Shown piece by piece: positions 28,715-38,226 of a stretch of 64,000 bases of DNA; positions within the stretch are counted from its first letter, which is position 1; every line of letters starts with the position of its first letter. The DNA is from an uncultured Acidobacteriota bacterium. GTDB lineage: Bacteria; Acidobacteriota; Thermoanaerobaculia; Multivoradales; UBA5704. The position numbers and the translations under genes were made by a program. The stretch spans positions 1,184,001 to 1,248,000 of the forward strand of contig CAVYRF010000002.1 of the NCBI GenBank assembly GCA_963770895.1, given 5' to 3'. Under the pieces are notes generated by a model, which had not been told where the DNA came from, ran no database searches, and saw only the letters and a program-made list of their open reading frames with translations.

Positions 28715-29749
28715 TTGCTGATCCCGCCAGGGTTGCCGCGCCGCGCGCGCGGGCTGCTCGCCATCGCCCTGTGGCTCGCGGTCGCGGCCGCCGCCGCGGC
28801 GCAGAAGATGTCGTTCCAGGACCCCACCGGCGACGACAACGGTCCCGGAACGTACGTCTATCCCACCGACCCGGTGTACACGCCCGGCTCCTTCGACATG
28901 ACCAACGTCGAAATGAAGGTGCACAAAGACACGGTGGACGTCGAGGTCACGATGGCGGGCAAGCTCGCCGACGCATGGCACACGGGCAGCGGCTTTTCTG
29001 TCCAGACGGTGTTCCTCTTCTTCCAGACCGACGGCCCCGAGCAGTCGGTGCCGCCCAAGGACAAGAAGACCCTCCGCGCCGAAAAGCGGGCGGCGGCCGA
29101 AAAGCTGGCGGAAGAGAAGATCAAGCAGAAGCTCAACGGCACCCCGATACCACCGCCGACGCCCAAGGTCAGGAAGCCGTACGGCCACACCCAGAGCCTG
29201 CCGGGGATGAACGTGGAGTTCGCTCCCGCCGACGGGTGGGACCACTGCGTCATCCTGTCGCCGCTGCCGGCGGCGCAGGTGCAGGCGGCGGTGGACAGCA
29301 AGGTGCCCGCTCCCCTGCGCGGCGCCGTCCTGGTGCCGGCGCGGGTCAAGGGCGCCGGCCACGTCATCTCCGCCACCTTCGACCGCAAGCCGCTCGGCAA
29401 GCACCTGCCCAAGACCTGGGGCTACCAGGTGGTGGTGGTCGGCACCGACCCCTACCCCGGCACCGACAGCCTGTTCGTGCGTCCGGTGAGCGAAACGGAA
29501 AGCCAGCTGCGCTTCGGCGGCGGCGCCGGCGGCGGCTGCGACGCCAACGTGCTGGACGTCCTGGCCGGCGATGCGGAGGCCGACGCAGCCGAAATCGACA
29601 AGCAGCACACCCAGCTGCTGGGCGACTGCACCAGCACGGATGCCAAGCTCCACAGGCTCCCCACCCTCAGCCTGGTCTACGTCCACGACGAGGACGAAGC
29701 CGAGGAGAAGAAAGACGAGCAGCCAAAGCCTCCGACGCCGCCCCAGTGA
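28715..29749 (+). CDS. Secreted glucodextranase-type DOMON-like (carbohydrate-binding) domain protein
   Basis: GGAGG then TTG 28715; signal peptide; FQDPTGDDNGPGTYVYPTD...GSFD, GFSVQ, WGYQVVV, FGGG. Confidence 0.78.
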   Translation: MLIPPGLPRRARGLLAIALWLAVAAAAAAQKMSFQDPTGDDNGPGTYVYPTDPVYTPGSFDMTNVEMKVHKDTVDVEVTMAGKLADAWHTGSGFSVQTVFLFFQTDGPEQSVPPKDKKTLRAEKRAAAEKLAEEKIKQKLNGTPIPPPTPKVRKPYGHTQSLPGMNVEFAPADGWDHCVILSPLPAAQVQAAVDSKVPAPLRGAVLVPARVKGAGHVISATFDRKPLGKHLPKTWGYQVVVVGTDPYPGTDSLFVRPVSETESQLRFGGGAGGGCDANVLDVLAGDAEADAAEIDKQHTQLLGDCTSTDAKLHRLPTLSLVYVHDEDEAEEKKDEQPKPPTPPQ

Positions 29750-29762
29750 GCCGCGGCCGCGG

Positions 29763-30305
29763 GTGTTTTTGCGTCAGCCGCAGGCCCAGGACGGCCCCGA
29801 GCTGGTGGCGCTGATGCGCGCCAGCCGCCGCCTGCACGCCCCGTGGGTCGCGCCGCCGCTCGACGACGCCTCCTTTCAGGCGTTCCTGGCGCGGGCGCGG
29901 CGCGCCAACGCGCTGACCTTCCTGGTCTGCCTGCGCGACGGCGGCGCCATCGCCGGCGTCTTCAATTTGAGCGAGATCGTGCGCGGCCCGCTGCAAAGCG
30001 CCTATCTGAGCTACTACGTCGGCGCCCCCCATGCCGGCCGCGGCCTGATGACCGAAGGGCTCCGTCTGGTGCTGCGCCACTCGTTCGCCAACCTGCGCCT
30101 GCACCGGCTGGAAGCCAACATCCAGCCCGCCAACCGCCCGTCGATCGCGCTGGTCGAGCGCTGCGGCTTCCAGCTGGAGGGGTTTTCGCCGCGCTACCTG
30201 AAGATCCGCAACCGCTGGCGCGACCACGAGCGCTGGGCGATCCACGCCGAAGCCTGGCGGGCAGGGCACGGCCGCCGCCCGGCCGCGGCGTCCGACCCTA
30301 CGTAA
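29763..30305 (+). CDS. GNAT N-acetyltransferase, RimJ/RimL family
   Basis: NLSEIVRGPLQSAYLSY, AGRGLMTEG, LHRLEANIQPANRPS, GFQLEG, WRDHERWA. Start uncertain (GTG 29763). Confidence 0.88.
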   Translation: MFLRQPQAQDGPELVALMRASRRLHAPWVAPPLDDASFQAFLARARRANALTFLVCLRDGGAIAGVFNLSEIVRGPLQSAYLSYYVGAPHAGRGLMTEGLRLVLRHSFANLRLHRLEANIQPANRPSIALVERCGFQLEGFSPRYLKIRNRWRDHERWAIHAEAWRAGHGRRPAAASDPT

Positions 30306-30315
30306 CCGGGACGGG

Positions 30316-32274
30316 TCAGTTGGTGCGGGCGAGCAGGACGCCGTTGCCGATCTGGCGCTCGATCTCGGCGGCGGCGACCGGCTTGCTGACCAGGTAGCCC
30401 TGGTACTCGTCGCAGCCCTGGCCGCTCAGGAAGTGGAACTGGCTGGCGGTTTCGACGCCTTCGGCGATCACCTTCAGCCCCAGGCCGTGCGCCATGTCGA
30501 TGATCGCGGTGACGATCGCTTCGCCGCCGTGATCGGAATCGATGTCGCGCACGAAATCGCGGTCGATCTTGAGGCAGTCGATGGGCAGGCGCTTGAGGTA
30601 GTTGAGCGACGCCTGGCCGGTGCCGAAGTCGTCCATCGAGATGCGCACCCCCAGCCGGCGCAACGCCGCGAGCGTCGCCACGGTCTGCTCGATGTCCTGC
30701 ATGGCGGCGCTTTCGGTGATCTCCAGCTCCAGGCAGTCCGGCGCCAGGTCGATCTCGCGCAGCAGCGCCGCGACCGCCCGCGGCAGGTCCGAGTCCTGGA
30801 AGTGCCGCACCGACAGGTTGACGGCGATGCGCAGGCCGGGCAGCGGACCGTCCTGCCAGTCGCGGGCCTGGCGGCAGGCGGTGGCCAGCACCCATTCGCC
30901 CAGCGGGATCACCAGGCGCAGCTCTTCGGCCAGCGGGATGAAGTGGGCCGGCGCCACCAGGCCGCGCTCGGGATGGCGCCAGCGCACCAGCGCCTCCATC
31001 CCCACGGTGAGACCGCTGGCAAAGCTCACCACCGGCTGGTACAGGACTTCCAGCTCGCGCCGTTCCAGCGCCCGCCGCAGGTCGTTCTCCAGCGCCAGGC
31101 GCGCCAGGGCCTTGGCGTTCATCGCCGGGGTGCACAGCTGGTAGACGCCGCCGCCCAGCTCCTTGGACCGGTACAGGGCCAGGTCGGCGCTGCGCAGGAG
31201 CGTTTCGGCGTCCTCGCCGTCGGAGGGGAACAGGCTGATGCCGACCGCGGCGGTCACGTGCAGGGTGTGCTCGTCCAGGTGGAAGGGTTCGTCGGCCAGC
31301 CGGGCCAGGATCTTTTCGGCCACCTTGGCCCCTTCGGCGGCGCGGGCGTTGTACTGCAGCAGCAGGGCGAATTCGTCGCCGCCCAGGCGCGCCACCGTGT
31401 CGCCCTGCCGCACCATCGCCCGCAGCCGGCCGGACACACCGCACAACAGCCGGTCGCCGATGCTGTGGCCCAGCGTGTCGTTGACCACCTTGAACCGGTC
31501 CAGGTCGAGCACCAGCACCGCCAGCCCGGTGTCGGTGCGGTGCGTCTTGGCGATCGACTGCGACAGGCGGTCCAGGAAGAGGGTGCGATTGGGCAGGCCG
31601 GTGAGGTGGTCGTGGTAGGCCTGGTAGGCGATCTGCACTTCGGCCGCCTTGCGGTCGGTGATGTCGATCAGGGTGCCTTCGATCAGGTCGGCTTCGCCGT
31701 CGTGCCCCGGCCGCCAGGTGACGTTTTCGAGGATCCACACTTCGCCGCCGTCCTTGCGCCGCAGCCGGAACTCCGCGTTGTTGAGCTGGCCGGCGGTGCG
31801 CAGGCGGGCGATGAAGCGCTCGCGTTCCGCCGCGTCCAGATAGAGATCGTTGGCGTTGCAGCGCATCAGCTCGGTTTCGGAGGCATAGCCCAGCAGATGG
31901 GCCAGCGCCGGGTTGCACTCAAGGAAGGCGCCGTCCACCGAGATGCGGTAGATCCCGGCCAGGGTGCGCTCGAAAAACAGCCGGTAGCGCCGCTGCCCCT
32001 TGGCCAGCCGCGCCATTTCCCGCCGCAGCAGGGCGGCGACGCGCAGCGAGATCCAGGTCGAAGCGGCGAGCAGCACCGTCGCCGTCGCCACCAGAGCCAT
32101 CAGCGCCGGGTCGTCGATCCACTCCAGCCAGCCCTTGGCGGCGACCAGCGTCACCACCACCGCCGCCGCCCACAGCACCAGGCAGAGCGGGATGAGGACC
32201 AGTGCGCGCTCGATCGTCGAGGCGCGGGACGCACTGGCTGCCGTGTCACGCGGCGGGCTGGTTGGATCAGTCAT
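30316..32274 (-). CDS. Membrane PAS-GGDEF-EAL c-di-GMP cyclase/phosphodiesterase
   Basis: Two TM helices, PAS/PAC, LTGLPNR, RLGGDEF, EALVRW, LEITES, DDFGTG, KIDRDF, AEGVET. Confidence 0.95.
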   Translation of the reverse strand: MTDPTSPPRDTAASASRASTIERALVLIPLCLVLWAAAVVVTLVAAKGWLEWIDDPALMALVATATVLLAASTWISLRVAALLRREMARLAKGQRRYRLFFERTLAGIYRISVDGAFLECNPALAHLLGYASETELMRCNANDLYLDAAERERFIARLRTAGQLNNAEFRLRRKDGGEVWILENVTWRPGHDGEADLIEGTLIDITDRKAAEVQIAYQAYHDHLTGLPNRTLFLDRLSQSIAKTHRTDTGLAVLVLDLDRFKVVNDTLGHSIGDRLLCGVSGRLRAMVRQGDTVARLGGDEFALLLQYNARAAEGAKVAEKILARLADEPFHLDEHTLHVTAAVGISLFPSDGEDAETLLRSADLALYRSKELGGGVYQLCTPAMNAKALARLALENDLRRALERRELEVLYQPVVSFASGLTVGMEALVRWRHPERGLVAPAHFIPLAEELRLVIPLGEWVLATACRQARDWQDGPLPGLRIAVNLSVRHFQDSDLPRAVAALLREIDLAPDCLELEITESAAMQDIEQTVATLAALRRLGVRISMDDFGTGQASLNYLKRLPIDCLKIDRDFVRDIDSDHGGEAIVTAIIDMAHGLGLKVIAEGVETASQFHFLSGQGCDEYQGYLVSKPVAAAEIERQIGNGVLLARTN

Positions 32275-32308
32275 GAATTTATCGAGGATTGTAGCCGATC
32301 CTCAAGCG

Positions 32309-33343
32309 CTAGTGCCCCGCATCGGGGGGCTGCGCGAGCCCGGCGACGATCTCGCGCGCCAGCTCGACGATCGAGAGCGGCGCCGCGCCCTCGGCGTTGT
32401 TGTTGACCGTCAGCAGGAAGCGGCGGCCGGCGGCGAGCGCCTGGCCGGCCAGCGCGGCCAGGGAGCGGCGGTTTTCCGGGTCGGGCGCCACCAGGCGGTT
32501 GAAGGGCGCGTAGCGGTGCGACGCCTCCTCGTAGGTGCCGCTGCCCAGCAGCCAGCGGCCGGCGACGACCGGCCCGGCGGCCGGCGCCGTCAGCGCCGCC
32601 TGCACCGCCACCGGCGGCATGCGCGGGTGCACGTTCAGGCAGTGGCAGGCGCCGGCGGCCGCCAGGGCGGCGGCGTAGTCGGCGGTGAGCAGCTCGCGGT
32701 TGCGCAGCTCGACCGCGTAGACCGGGCCCCGCGGCAGGGCGGCCAGGAACGCATGCAGGCGGGCGGCGAAGCGCTGCGGCGGCCCGAGCGACTGCGGCGC
32801 GAACTGGAACAGCAGGGCGCCGCCCTTGGCGCCAAGGCCTTCGACATAGGGCGCCACCACCTCGGCGGCGGCGTAGGCAGGGTCGAGGAAGCGCGGGTTG
32901 ACCTGGCCGCGGTCGGCGCCGTACCGCGGATGATCGGGCAGGCGGGCCAGCGTGCAGGCGTCGTGCGCCTTGACCAGGAAGGCGAAGCCGGCGGGCACCG
33001 CCGCCGCGTAGTCGGCAAAGTCGGCGGCGGAGATCGGCCGGTAGTGGGTGCGATCGAGGCCCACCGCGCGCAGCAGCGGATGGCGGGCGTAGGCGTGCAG
33101 GCCCTCGCGCGCCAGGCGGGCGGTGGTGTGCTCGCGGTCGTAGACCAGCCCCGCCCAGCCGGGGAACGACCAGGTGGAGCCGCCCAGCTGGACGTCCAGG
33201 GGCAGCTGCGCCGCCAGCTCCGCCACCGCCGGCGGCTGTTCGGCGGCGCCGACCGCGGCACGCGCGCTGCCTGCCGCCGGCGCCGCCGGCGCCGGGTCGT
33301 CGCCGAAGAGGTTCAGCTGGGAGGCCTTGGCGGCGCCGGGCAT
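32309..33343 (-). CDS. DUF72 (YecE-like) protein
   Basis: LGGSTWSFPGW, LDRTHY, FLVKA, LLFQF, YAVELRN, VNNNAEG; N-terminal QLNLF. Confidence 0.88.
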   Translation of the reverse strand: MPGAAKASQLNLFGDDPAPAAPAAGSARAAVGAAEQPPAVAELAAQLPLDVQLGGSTWSFPGWAGLVYDREHTTARLAREGLHAYARHPLLRAVGLDRTHYRPISAADFADYAAAVPAGFAFLVKAHDACTLARLPDHPRYGADRGQVNPRFLDPAYAAAEVVAPYVEGLGAKGGALLFQFAPQSLGPPQRFAARLHAFLAALPRGPVYAVELRNRELLTADYAAALAAAGACHCLNVHPRMPPVAVQAALTAPAAGPVVAGRWLLGSGTYEEASHRYAPFNRLVAPDPENRRSLAALAGQALAAGRRFLLTVNNNAEGAAPLSIVELAREIVAGLAQPPDAGH

Positions 33344-33540
33344 TATTGGAGCCGCTCGATGCGCACGTCCGGGTCGCCGTCGCGGTCGCGGGTGATGGTC
33401 AGCTGCCAGGGGTTGCAGCAGACCTCGCAGTCCTGGACCAGGGAGCCCCACACGTCGGGCTCGACGGCGATCTCCACCCGCTCGCCGCAATAGGGGCACT
33501 GCACCTCGATCGGCACGTTCCAGTAGCCGTCGCCGCTCAC
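33343..33540 (-). CDS. CPXCG-motif cysteine-rich small protein (65 aa)
   Basis: VQCPYCGE...QDCEVCCNPW; GTG start overlaps the EVE gene stop. Confidence 0.85.
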   Translation of the reverse strand: MSGDGYWNVPIEVQCPYCGERVEIAVEPDVWGSLVQDCEVCCNPWQLTITRDRDGDPDVRIERLQ

Positions 33541-34016
33541 GCTTTCCCCCGGCCCAGGGCCAAAACCACCAGAAAGTCGGCGCGGCTGACCGGCTGCACC
33601 GACAGGCGCGAGCCCTTTTGCACCACCATCATGGACGCCAGGTTCGGCGTCGCCTTCAGCGTCGCAAGCGGCACGATCTGCGGGAACCGCTCCGCGAACT
33701 GGATGTCCACGGTGTACCAGGTGGGGTTGGCGGGGTCGCTCGCCGCATCGTAGTAGTGGCTGGAGGCGTCGAACGCGGAGGGATCGGGATAGCCGTCTCG
33801 CACCACCGAGGCGACGCCGGTGACGCCGGAGGGTTCGGCGTTGGAGGCGTAGAACAGGACGTTGTCGCCGATCTGCACCTGGTCGCGCAGCAGGTTGCGC
33901 GCCTGGAAGTTGCGCACCCCTTCCCAGCACGTCTTGCCGTCGCTCTGCAGGTCGTCGATGCTGTAGGCGCCTGGCTCGCACTTCATCAGCCAGAACTGCC
34001 TCTGGTTGCGGGTCAT
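33537..34016 (-). CDS. EVE domain protein
   Basis: FWLMKCEP, WEGVRNFQARN, GDNVLFY, YPDP, GSRLSVQPV. Confidence 0.92.
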   Translation of the reverse strand: MTRNQRQFWLMKCEPGAYSIDDLQSDGKTCWEGVRNFQARNLLRDQVQIGDNVLFYASNAEPSGVTGVASVVRDGYPDPSAFDASSHYYDAASDPANPTWYTVDIQFAERFPQIVPLATLKATPNLASMMVVQKGSRLSVQPVSRADFLVVLALGRGKA

Positions 34017-34288
34017 GATCCCGTCCTCCGCCGGCCGGCCGCCACCGATAGATACTACGCGGCAGGGCGGCAGCCGACCTGAATCCGGCGTCGCCGCGCC
34101 TGTGACATTTGCCACAGCCCGGCCGCAGGCCTGCCTTATAGACTGCGCAACGAGCGAAGCTGCTCGTCCGAGCGACTCACCGCGGGTGCCCCGGCATTCG
34201 CGGCTTTTTCGCCTGTGCCGGCAGGCCACCGAATAGGAACCACGCCACGAACCAGCATCTTCCATCGGCTGCCGCCAGCGCCTGCCAG

Positions 34289-36346
34289 GTGCCGCGCCGG
34301 CGCGCCGCGTCGTTGCCTGGACCTTCCGGGTTCGCCGCGCGTGCGGCGCTGGCCGTCGCGGCGGCCGCCCTGTGCAGCGCCACCGCGGCGTTGGCCCAGG
34401 CCGGCGCGACCGTGACCGTCAACGTCGATCCCACCGCCAACCGGCATCCCATCAGCACCCTGATCTACGGGGTCAACTTCGGCGACGACACTCAGGCCGC
34501 CACCTTGCATTGGCCGGTGCGCCGCTGGGGCGGCAACGCCACCACCCGCTACTCCTGGCAGGACGACATCAACAACCGTGCCAGCGATTGGTTCTTTTAC
34601 AACATTCCCAACGCCAACGCGAATCCCGCGGCGCTGCCCGCCGGCTCTTCGTCCGACCAGTTCATCCTGGTTACGCGCGGCGACGGCACGGAACCGCTCA
34701 TCACCGTGCCGACCATCGGCTGGACGCCGATCGACCGCAACTACCGCTGGGGCTTCTCGGTCGCCAAGTACGGCGCGCAACAGCAGACCGAATGCACCGC
34801 CACCGACAACGCTTCGTGGTGCAACGGCGATGCCGGCAACGGCGTCAAACCCGACGGCACGCCGATCACCGGCAACGACCCGACCGATACCTCGCGCGCC
34901 ATCGATCCCAGCTTCGTCACCGGCTGGATGGCGCACATCGCCGGCGAAACCGGCACCGGCGCCAACGGCGGCGTGCACCTGTACGCGCTCGACAACGAGC
35001 CGACGCTGTGGAACAGCACCCATCGCGACGTCCACCCGCAGCCGACGACCTACGACGAGCTGTGGCAGCGCACGCAGCAGTACGCCGCCGCGATCAAGGC
35101 GCAGGACCCCGCGGCGCAGGTGCTCGGGCCCGCCGATTGGGGCTGGTGCGCCTACTTCTATTCGGCCGCCGACGGCTGCTCGCCCGGCAGCGACTACGCC
35201 AGCCACGGCAACCTGGCGCAGACCGACTGGTACCTGCTGCAGGCGGCCAGCTACCAGGCGGCCAACCGCGTGCGCCTGATCGACTACCTGGACGTCCACT
35301 ACTACCCGCAGGGCAACGACGTGAGTCTGTCCGACGACGAATCGGCGGCCACCTCGGCGCTGCGGCTGCGCAGCCTCAAGAGCCTGTACGACCCCACCTA
35401 CACCGACGAATCGTGGATCGCGCAGCCGGTCGACCTGATCCCGCGCATGCAGGCCTGGATCGCCGACCGCCTGCCCGGCACCAAGCTCGCCATCTCGGAG
35501 TACAACTGGGGCAACGACAACGGCTTGAGCAGCGCCCTGGCGCAGGCCGAGGCGCTGGCCATCTTTGGCCGTGAAGGGGTGGACCTGGCGTCGCGCTGGG
35601 AGGCGCCGGCGGCGGGGAGCCTGGTCGAGCAGTCCTTCCTGTTCTACCTCAACTACGACGGCAAGGGTGGGAAGGTGGCGGGCGACAGCATCCAGGCGGT
35701 CAGCAGCAACGTCGACCAGGTGGGCGCCTACGCCGTGGCCGGCGCCAGCAACCGCCTGTTCCTGCTGCTGTTCAACAAGGACACGGTGAGCCACCCGGTG
35801 GCGGTGCAGGTGGCGGGCGGGCCGACGGCGCCGCTCACCCTCTACCAGCTGTCCGGCAGCCAGTCGCTGGGCCCCGCCGGCACCTCGGCGCTCACCGCCG
35901 GGGCGGTCACCCTCACCCTGCCGGCGCGCTCCGCCACCCTGGCCGTCAGCGCCGCCGCTCCGGGGCCGGGCCGCTTCTACACCATCACCCCGTGCCGGGT
36001 GATCGACACCCGCAACCCCACCGGCGCCTGGGCCGGCCCCGCCCTGGCCGCGGCCGCAGCGCGCACCTTCGGCTTGGCCGGCCGCTGCGGCGTGCCGGCG
36101 ACGGCGCGCGCCATCTCCGGCAACGTCACGGTGACCGGCTCCACCGCCGGCGGCGATCTGCGCGCCTTCGCCGCCGACGTGGCGCAACAGCCGACCAGCA
36201 CCATCAACTTTGCCGCCGCCCAGCTGCGCGCCAACAACGTGGTCCTGGCGGTGTCGCAGGACGGCAACGCCGCGATCACCATCGACAGCGACCAGGCCAG
36301 CGGCCCGGTGCAGTTCATCCTGGACGTGAACGGCTACTTTCAGTAG
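34289..36346 (+). CDS. Secreted glycoside hydrolase family 44 (endoglucanase/xyloglucanase) with C-terminal PCRVIDTR domain
   Basis: ISTLIYGVN, RWGGNATTRY, LDNEPTLWNSTHRDVHP, DVHYYPQ, AISEYNWG; tail FYTITPCRVIDTR...ILDVNGYFQ. Confidence 0.9.
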   Translation: MPRRRAASLPGPSGFAARAALAVAAAALCSATAALAQAGATVTVNVDPTANRHPISTLIYGVNFGDDTQAATLHWPVRRWGGNATTRYSWQDDINNRASDWFFYNIPNANANPAALPAGSSSDQFILVTRGDGTEPLITVPTIGWTPIDRNYRWGFSVAKYGAQQQTECTATDNASWCNGDAGNGVKPDGTPITGNDPTDTSRAIDPSFVTGWMAHIAGETGTGANGGVHLYALDNEPTLWNSTHRDVHPQPTTYDELWQRTQQYAAAIKAQDPAAQVLGPADWGWCAYFYSAADGCSPGSDYASHGNLAQTDWYLLQAASYQAANRVRLIDYLDVHYYPQGNDVSLSDDESAATSALRLRSLKSLYDPTYTDESWIAQPVDLIPRMQAWIADRLPGTKLAISEYNWGNDNGLSSALAQAEALAIFGREGVDLASRWEAPAAGSLVEQSFLFYLNYDGKGGKVAGDSIQAVSSNVDQVGAYAVAGASNRLFLLLFNKDTVSHPVAVQVAGGPTAPLTLYQLSGSQSLGPAGTSALTAGAVTLTLPARSATLAVSAAAPGPGRFYTITPCRVIDTRNPTGAWAGPALAAAAARTFGLAGRCGVPATARAISGNVTVTGSTAGGDLRAFAADVAQQPTSTINFAAAQLRANNVVLAVSQDGNAAITIDSDQASGPVQFILDVNGYFQ

Positions 36347-36352
36347 CCGCCG

Positions 36353-37636
<1,284 letters not shown>

Positions 37637-37643
37637 GACCTGC

Positions 37644-37707
37644 TAGCGTACCATCCAGAGCGGAGGTGCACCGTGTAGCGCACCATCCAGAGAAGAGGTG
37701 CACCGTC
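37644..37707. repeat. 32-bp tandem duplication (28/32 identical) filling the divergent intergenic region
   Basis: TAGCGTACCATCCAGAGCGGAGGTGCACCGTG / TAGCGCACCATCCAGAGAAGAGGTGCACCGTC. Confidence 0.88.
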
Positions 37708-38226
37708 GTGGAGATCCGGCACGCCGATTCGTTCGCCAACTACTTTGACGGCATCCGCGTCCGCACCCTGCGGGTCGCCGCCTGCATCCCGCCCGACCGC
37801 CTGGAGTGGGCGCCGGCGGGCAAGGCCGGGGCGTGGACCTTCGGCGACCTGCTGCGGCACCTGGGCGCCATCGAACGCTACATGTTCGCCGAAAACGTCC
37901 AGGGCCTCCCCAGCCGCTACCCCGGCCACGGCCGCGAGCTGGCCGACGGCTACGACCCGGTGATGGCGTTCCTGGCCCGCATGCACCAGGAGGCGGCGGC
38001 GATCTTCCGCGCCCTGACCCCCGAGGACCTGGAGCGCCGCTGCCAGACGCCGGCCGGCGTCGAGATGGCGGCGTGGAAGTGGCTGCGCGCCATGGTCGAG
38101 CACGAAGTCCACCACCGCGGCCAGATCTACCTCATGCTGGGCCAGCTCGGCATCGCCACGCCGCCGATCTACGGCCTCACCTCCGAAGAGGTGCTGGCCC
38201 GCAGCTTGCCGCCAGGGACTACCTGA
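37708..38226 (+). CDS. DinB/YfiT-like family protein
   Basis: WTFGDLLRHLG, HEVHHRGQIYLML, PPIYG; GAGG then GTG 37708. Confidence 0.9.
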   Translation: MEIRHADSFANYFDGIRVRTLRVAACIPPDRLEWAPAGKAGAWTFGDLLRHLGAIERYMFAENVQGLPSRYPGHGRELADGYDPVMAFLARMHQEAAAIFRALTPEDLERRCQTPAGVEMAAWKWLRAMVEHEVHHRGQIYLMLGQLGIATPPIYGLTSEEVLARSLPPGTT

